From Setoptus koraiensis (lineage: Eukaryota > Animalia > Arthropoda): 64,000 nt of DNA. Positions 61,681 through 64,000 of the stretch are shown piece after piece; within the stretch, counting starts at the first letter, position 1; each line of letters starts with the position of its first letter. Location of the stretch: contig CM106586.1 of NCBI GenBank assembly GCA_048013815.1, positions 20,026,001-20,090,000 of the forward strand. The letters run 5' to 3'. A program made the position numbers and the translations under genes. Below the pieces are notes generated by a model. That model did no database searches and had not been told where the DNA came from. It saw only the letters and a list, made by a program, of their open reading frames with translations.

Positions 61681-62434
61681 ACAACAACAACAGACTAAAG
61701 CACAATCCTTCAAATATATCTGTTGTCTGCAAGAGAATGGAGTTCGATGCGAACGTGCTGCCGGTAATGCATCATATAGCAGGCGCGTGCAAAAAACTGT
61801 AGGCCTGAGAAAACTTAATTATACATTGGATCCGGATGTAAGACATGCCTATATTTGTGAATATCACAAGACTGTTATTCAATCTGCTAGGAAATCTCCT
61901 GCTCATGCAAGAGAAATACATGCAGCCACCACTGCCACAGCTGCCAATCGAACCAATTTCAATGATGTATCTACCATAAACGCCAGACAGCAGAATGTTG
62001 GATTGCTCAGCCACCATCAATTGAATAATCATGGAATCACACCGGTGACACCCAACAGCCCCTCTGTAAGGGCGGCTGCTGCTGTTGGGTATTCTCACTA
62101 TCCAGGACCTAGTTTGGGACCCATCGATGCTTTACCTCCTAGTCTTGATAACGGCGACACCGGATCATCAACCAGTAGTGCCATGGATGTAGATCTCTAT
62201 CAATTACAGGTTAATACTTTGCGAAGATATAAACGCCACTTCCGTGTACAAACTCGTCCAGGTTTGAACAAGTTACAATTAGCCGAGTCTTTGAAACGAC
62301 ACTTCAAAACAATGCCCATCATTGAGAAAGAGGCTATCACGTACTTTGTTTATATTGTAAAGTGTAAAAAAAACAAGTTAGATCATAATCTTAAAAATTC
62401 TAATGCATCCAGCCAAATGAACAATGATGACTGA
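60302..62434 (+). CDS. SAP30: Sin3-HDAC corepressor subunit SAP30 with a very long Thr/Ser/Ala- and polyQ-rich N-terminal extension; single exon (first ATG 60302; the frame is open from 60074)
   Basis: Zinc-finger CCLQENGVRCERAAGNASYSRRVQK...HAYICEYHK; Sin3-binding domain VDLYQLQVNTLRRYKRHF...TRPGLNKLQLA...HFKTMPIIEKEAITYFVY. Confidence 0.93.
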
Positions 62435-62966
62435 AAGCATCCGTCAAACCCTATGATCTGAGACATCTTATGTCTCTATATATCCCCGCTGATTAATTTT
62501 TTCAAGAATAAACTATTACAACCCGAGTTGATTGATCAGATTAGCTTTGGACTACGACGAGAAGTGTTTCTAACATGGTAGCCGATTTCGATCATGCGAT
62601 TACACATGCATGGTCAATACTTCTTCTAGCTCTAGATTAAATCAGTATATTTATTAAGTCTCATTCAAGTAATTGCACACTACATGTATATGTTGTTATT
62701 TCTCTATTGTGACTGTAGACAAATAAAATTCTTACTTTCTCTTGGAGAACCCTTTGTACAAAGTAACAATATTTAGAAACAAAAAAACAGTTCTCTTTTT
62801 GAAAAATGCGCTTTCACAACGCATCCCACGTGATACATTTCAACCCAAACAACAAAATATACGACGAAAGATCACATGTAACAAGAAATATACAGTAAAG
62901 TGTGTCTAAACGTCGCTTTTTGGGACCCGAATCTATGCGCCAAGAGTAGGAATGTAATTAGGTCAC

Positions 62967-63468
62967 ATGGCCCAATCATGTAATCAAGTGAATGTAACAC
63001 CTGAAGAGTTTGCCGTAAGTATCCACGCTTCGAACAATAATATTCAATTAATGAGAAAATTTCCCCTTCATATTCCTACTATCTGATGGACCTTTTTTCT
63101 CTGTAGCATCTTATGCATTCCATTTGTGATAATCTGGACTGTAGCAAGGAAGGTCTAAGGGACGTAATCCGCTCTAAGGCGAGAGAATCCGTCAAGACCA
63201 AACAAGGGTATTTGTCCACTACGCCACTTAGTATAGTAAAGAAAGTCATCTCATCAGGAAACATATATATATCTGACGAAGACAAGGATGACCTCTTAAA
63301 GAATCTCATAAACACTCACGATGTCAGAGACAATGTATACGAAGGAGGATTTAAAACTTGGGAAGGTTCAAAAGACCTCGTCACCTTCTTGGATAGTAGC
63401 CAAGTCTTAAAAACCATATTGGAAAAAACAGAGACAATTAATATCCTCGAACTTGGCGCAGGATCGGC
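62967..63468 (+). CDS. METTL18: Histidine protein methyltransferase 1 (METTL18/Hpm1 family), 5' part; exons 62967-63014 and 63107-63468+, 3' part lost in the gap (not in the supplied ORF track)
   Basis: Manual translation: MAQSCNQVNVTPEEFA|HLMHSICD...HDVRDNVYEGGFKTWEGSKDL...ILELGAGS. YEGG.K.WE plus SAM motif I is typical of the family; GCC|GTAAGT donor and TTTCTCTGTAG acceptor, phase 0. Confidence 0.85.
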
Positions 63469-63968
63469 NNNNNNNNNNNNNNNNNNNNNNNNNNNNNNNN
63501 NNNNNNNNNNNNNNNNNNNNNNNNNNNNNNNNNNNNNNNNNNNNNNNNNNNNNNNNNNNNNNNNNNNNNNNNNNNNNNNNNNNNNNNNNNNNNNNNNNNN
63601 NNNNNNNNNNNNNNNNNNNNNNNNNNNNNNNNNNNNNNNNNNNNNNNNNNNNNNNNNNNNNNNNNNNNNNNNNNNNNNNNNNNNNNNNNNNNNNNNNNNN
63701 NNNNNNNNNNNNNNNNNNNNNNNNNNNNNNNNNNNNNNNNNNNNNNNNNNNNNNNNNNNNNNNNNNNNNNNNNNNNNNNNNNNNNNNNNNNNNNNNNNNN
63801 NNNNNNNNNNNNNNNNNNNNNNNNNNNNNNNNNNNNNNNNNNNNNNNNNNNNNNNNNNNNNNNNNNNNNNNNNNNNNNNNNNNNNNNNNNNNNNNNNNNN
63901 NNNNNNNNNNNNNNNNNNNNNNNNNNNNNNNNNNNNNNNNNNNNNNNNNNNNNNNNNNNNNNNNNNNN
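63469..63968. other. Assembly gap (500 N)
   Basis: Run of Ns; the round length suggests a placeholder size. Confidence 0.99.
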
Positions 63969-64000
63969 GTGCTCAATGTTTTAGCGCCAAGGAACTAGAT

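Noticed and set aside
36087-63468. Two histidine methyltransferases (CARNMT1, METTL18) in one window as a functional cluster
   Set aside because: They are 25 kb apart with unrelated genes between; coincidence is sufficient.
1-64000. CRISPR arrays, rRNA, transposase or reverse-transcriptase genes
   Set aside because: None seen: the tandem repeats have no unique spacers and no RT, integrase or DDE motifs were recognised.

Overview
Eukaryotic genomic DNA from an animal with a compact, intron-poor genome. It is probably an arthropod, possibly a mite; this is inferred from gene content and short GT-AG introns, not proven. Left half: an intronless receptor guanylyl cyclase (minus strand, 4115-9292), then about 19 kb (9.3-28 kb) of non-coding, GGCC- and microsatellite-rich DNA holding a miR-210-like hairpin and orphan splice signals. 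Right half is gene-dense: POMGNT1, ARMC8, CARNMT1, Na/K-ATPase beta subunit, invadolysin/LMLN, Src64B-like kinase, a CHERP fragment, WDR19/IFT144, a MOSPD2-like CRAL-TRIO gene, a uridine-cytidine kinase homologue, SAP30 and METTL18 (cut by a 500-N gap). Four observations stand out. (1) A ~55-70 nt sequence is shared in sense orientation at the 5' ends of three unrelated genes (ARMC8, SAP30, UCK); it holds the ATG in ARMC8 and an in-frame ATT at the same position in SAP30. (2) The UCK homologue lacks the catalytic Asp and the Walker-A Ser/Thr, so it is a probable pseudo-enzyme. (3) A ~450 bp direct duplication of the CRAL-TRIO 3' end brackets a 5.6 kb block of two apparently truncated divergent genes. 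(4) The candidate miR-210 precursor. All family assignments come from recalled motifs; no database search was run.
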